Below are positions 38,115-40,710 of a stretch of DNA of 40,710 nucleotides, piece by piece; the stretch's first letter is position 1; every line of letters starts with the position of its first letter. Under the pieces are notes generated by a model. The model ran no database searches. It was given only the letters and a program-made list of their open reading frames with translations, and was not told where the DNA came from. This DNA comes from Candidatus Woesearchaeota archaeon (GTDB taxonomy: Archaea; Nanobdellota; Nanobdellia; UBA10117; ARS21): the NCBI GenBank assembly GCA_964619795.1, contig CAZUFS010000001.1:1-40710 (forward strand). The letters are read 5' to 3'. Position numbers and translations under genes: made by a program.

Positions 38115-38945
38115 ATGTTGATTAATGAAGACTTCCTGAACCGGCTAAGACAAAGTTTTAGTTTAAATTTGTACGAAGTTAAACTATGGGCTGCAATTCT
38201 TTCTAGAGGTATCTCTACTGCCGGGGAATTGAGTGATATTGCTGATGTTCCACGGTCTCGAACTTATGACGTTCTAGAGAGTCTTGAAAGAAAAGGTTTC
38301 GTGGTAGTTAAACCAGAGAAACCGATTAAATACATGGCTCTGCCTCCGACTGAGGTGCTAGATCGAGTTCAGAAACGAATTGAAACAGATTTGAAGACTC
38401 ATTCAGATAAAGTAGATAATTTAAGAAATTCTGACATGATTTCAGAATTGATGAATCTTTATGAACACGGTATCGAACCCATGCAAGTTACTGACTTTTC
38501 AGGTGCCTTGAAAGGAAGACATAATATCTATGACCAATTATCCATGCTAATAAAAAATGCAAAAGAATCAATTGAATTAGTTACTAGCGAAGATGGTTTA
38601 TTGCGAAAGACTCGAACTTTGAAGCCCTTACTTGAAAAAGCAATGCTTAAGGGAGTAAAAATTAGAATAATCGTTCCGAACGGTGAGCCCGAGGGTTTTT
38701 CTAATGATTCAGAGTTATTGGAAGTAAAGAATGATCCGTCACTGGCGGCAAGATTCATGATTGTTGATAAAAAAGAAGTCGTATTCATGCTTGCGGACGA
38801 TAAAAAGATACATCCATCTTACGACATGGGATTTTGGGTAAATTCATCTTTCTTTTGTAACGCAATGTCAAAAATGTTTAATCAATCATGGGATACTCGT
38901 GCCCAAAGTCCTAACGATTCTCCGATTTTAGATTTCGAAGAATAA
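38115..38945 (+). CDS. TrmB-family transcriptional regulator
   Basis: Classic TrmB N-terminus LNLYEVKLWAAILSRGISTAGELSDIADVPRSRTYDVLESLERKGFV, plus a C-terminal effector-like domain. Confidence 0.8.
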   Translation: MLINEDFLNRLRQSFSLNLYEVKLWAAILSRGISTAGELSDIADVPRSRTYDVLESLERKGFVVVKPEKPIKYMALPPTEVLDRVQKRIETDLKTHSDKVDNLRNSDMISELMNLYEHGIEPMQVTDFSGALKGRHNIYDQLSMLIKNAKESIELVTSEDGLLRKTRTLKPLLEKAMLKGVKIRIIVPNGEPEGFSNDSELLEVKNDPSLAARFMIVDKKEVVFMLADDKKIHPSYDMGFWVNSSFFCNAMSKMFNQSWDTRAQSPNDSPILDFEE

Positions 38946-38957
38946 GTTTATTCGAAG

Positions 38958-38968
38958 AATTTTTAAAC
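38958..38968 (+). promoter_or_regulatory. TATA-like element for elp3 (leaderless spacing)
   Basis: AATTTTTAAAC is centred 26 nt upstream of the ATG at 38989. Confidence 0.4.
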
Positions 38969-38988
38969 AAAAATCTAAGAATCTAGCT

Positions 38989-40497
38989 ATGCAATCACTA
39001 GTAACTGTTCTTCTTGAAGAAGATAATTTAACTAAACGGAAGACTGAATTAATTAAGAGAAAGTGGGCTCGGGCAAATAAAACAAAGATGCCACTGAATT
39101 CAGAAATTTGGAATAGTTGTTCCGATAAAGATAAAGAAAAGCTGAGATTTGTTCTAAATACTAAACCTACTCGGAATTTGGCAGGAGTTTCTATAATTGC
39201 AATTATGCCTAAACCAAATGGCTGTCCTGCAAGATGTACTTTCTGTCCGGAGGGTAAAAATGCTCCGAAAAGTTACACAGGATTTGAACCATCTACAATG
39301 CGTTCTATTCGAAATAATTTTGATTCGTACAAAACGGTATCTGAACGACTGACGTCATTAGCGAATACTGGTCACATTACTGACAAAAATGAATTAATAA
39401 TTCAAGGTGGTACTTTTCCTGCATATCCTTGGGATTACCAAAAAGAATTTGTTAAAAGGGCATTTGATGGATTTAATGGAAAATTATCCGATACTCTGGA
39501 AGAAGCAAAGGAAATTAATGAAACTGCAGAACATAGATGTATTGGTTTGACAATTGAAACAAGACCTGATTGGATTTTTACAGATAAATTCTTGGAACTT
39601 GGATGTACTCGAATAGAAATGGGTCTTCAGGCACCTTATGATGATGTTCTTGACGCAGTTAATAGAGGACATAGCGTCGAACAATTTAAAGAGGCCGTAA
39701 AAATTTTGAAAGAGGGAGGATTCAAAATCTTATATCATATGATGCCAGGGTTACCGAAGTCAACGCTTGAGCGAGATTTGAAAGCAATTGATATGATTTT
39801 TGAGGATGAAGATTTCAAACCGGATATGTTTAAGATATATCCGACTTTAGTCATGCCTGACACAGAATTATATGACCAATGGAAAGCTGGCGAATATGAA
39901 CCAAAAGATGAAGAATATTATCAAAAAGTTATTGAATATGCTTACACGAAATCTCCGAAATGGACGCGATTAATGAGAGTTCAAAGAGATATTCCTGCAC
40001 AATATATTGGTGCTGGGCCTAAAAAGGGGAATCTTCGAGAAATTGTTGAAGACAAATTAGTCAAAGAAAAAGTTCCAATTAAGGAAATACGGTTTAGAGA
40101 ATCTGGACAAGTTTACAAGCGGAACAAATCTATTCCTAAAAATGTTCAATTATTGGTTGAAAAATATCAAGCCAGCGGTGGCGAAGAGTACTTCATAAGT
40201 GCTGAAGATGTTGAACAAGACATTTTACTCGGATTTTGTAGACTTAGACTGGGTGAAAGAAAAGAGGGAATGATTCGAGAACTGCACGTTTACGGTTCAG
40301 TTACTGAAATCGGGGAATCTGGAACCGATACTCAACACAAAGGTTGGGGTGCAAAACTTCTGAAAAAAGCTGAAGAGATTGCTAAGGAAAACGGTCGGGA
40401 AGAAATGTTAATCATTTCAGGCGTCGGAGTAAGAGAATATTATAAAAAGGTTCATGATTACTCCTTAAAGAACCATTACATGTGGAAAAAAATATGA
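38989..40497 (+). CDS. elp3: Elp3-type radical SAM / GNAT acetyltransferase (tRNA U34 modification)
   Basis: Radical SAM cluster motif CPARCTFC (CxxxCxxC). C-terminal GNAT region (QHKGWGAKLLKKAEEIA). 502 aa. Confidence 0.85.
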   Translation: MQSLVTVLLEEDNLTKRKTELIKRKWARANKTKMPLNSEIWNSCSDKDKEKLRFVLNTKPTRNLAGVSIIAIMPKPNGCPARCTFCPEGKNAPKSYTGFEPSTMRSIRNNFDSYKTVSERLTSLANTGHITDKNELIIQGGTFPAYPWDYQKEFVKRAFDGFNGKLSDTLEEAKEINETAEHRCIGLTIETRPDWIFTDKFLELGCTRIEMGLQAPYDDVLDAVNRGHSVEQFKEAVKILKEGGFKILYHMMPGLPKSTLERDLKAIDMIFEDEDFKPDMFKIYPTLVMPDTELYDQWKAGEYEPKDEEYYQKVIEYAYTKSPKWTRLMRVQRDIPAQYIGAGPKKGNLREIVEDKLVKEKVPIKEIRFRESGQVYKRNKSIPKNVQLLVEKYQASGGEEYFISAEDVEQDILLGFCRLRLGERKEGMIRELHVYGSVTEIGESGTDTQHKGWGAKLLKKAEEIAKENGREEMLIISGVGVREYYKKVHDYSLKNHYMWKKI

Positions 40498-40631
40498 AAC
40501 TGATTATTCGCCATTCTAAAAAACTAGAAGAGTTACGAAAAGATGTTAAATCTGTGAGTGACTCTTTCCTCGACGTAATAAAACAAGGTGATTCAAAAGT
40601 TCAAATTAAAAGCGGATTTAATAACAAATAA
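40494..40631 (+). CDS. hypothetical small protein (45 aa), not in the ORF track
   Basis: ATGA overlap with the elp3 stop. My translation is MKLIIRHSKKLEELRKDVKSVSDSFLDVIKQGDSKVQIKSGFNNK. Weak call. Confidence 0.25.
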   Translation: MKLIIRHSKKLEELRKDVKSVSDSFLDVIKQGDSKVQIKSGFNNK

Positions 40632-40710
40632 AAACTGAACTGGTTAATGAAGAAGCATTTCTAAACATAAATCTTATAAATAAATCAATAGACAGTCTAT
40701 CAATAGCCCT

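Noticed and set aside
1-40710. CRISPR arrays, IS elements or transposases, integrases, prophage genes, rRNA, tRNA introns, inteins and stop-codon recoding
   Set aside because: I looked for them on both strands. There are no spaced direct-repeat arrays and no transposase or integrase motifs. All large conserved proteins have normal lengths without insertions. The tRNAs fold without introns, and ORFs terminate normally under the standard code.

Overview
This is an AT-rich, very gene-dense archaeal chromosome segment. The archaeal assignment rests on aEF-1alpha, aEF-2, GatD/GatE, aCPSF1, proteasome beta, Mre11/Rad50/HerA/NurA, S3Ae, Bud32, Elp3 and TrmB-type regulators. Small proteins, tiny intergenic gaps and many ORFans suggest a reduced-genome, DPANN-like lineage, but that taxonomic guess is inference only. 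I support about 45 CDS, including several ORFs under 60 aa that are missing from the ORF track. I also support 8 intron-less tRNAs without encoded CCA: Asn, Gly, Pro, Lys, Thr, Met/CAU, Ala and Val. There is a recurring (C)CTTTTTAWA-type TATA element that usually sits 24-30 nt (mostly 25-27) upstream of the start codon, which implies mostly leaderless mRNAs. A handful of perfect hairpins lie at gene 3' ends. I saw no rRNA, CRISPR array, transposase, integrase or obvious defence system. No single clearly novel system stands out. The best candidates for something undescribed are listed here. (1) The convergent mre11-rad50 / nurA-herA end-resection locus is interleaved with extra co-oriented genes. 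These include a PC4/YdbC-like small protein and a 425-aa ORFan. (2) A 316-aa ORFan is wedged between aEF-2 and aEF-1alpha in the otherwise conserved translation-factor cluster. (3) An intact MetRS reading frame has no ATG, GTG or TTG start for 213 codons (likely an ATC start), and its tRNA-binding domain is split off as an overlapping ORF. (4) Two loci encode small membrane proteins that share short exact peptide motifs. (5) tRNA genes abut mRNA genes directly: rps10 against tRNA-Val, and tRNA-Gly 7 nt from the rhodanese ATG. (6) A cUUCGg hairpin follows tuf. All functional calls come from motif recognition by eye, with no searches run.
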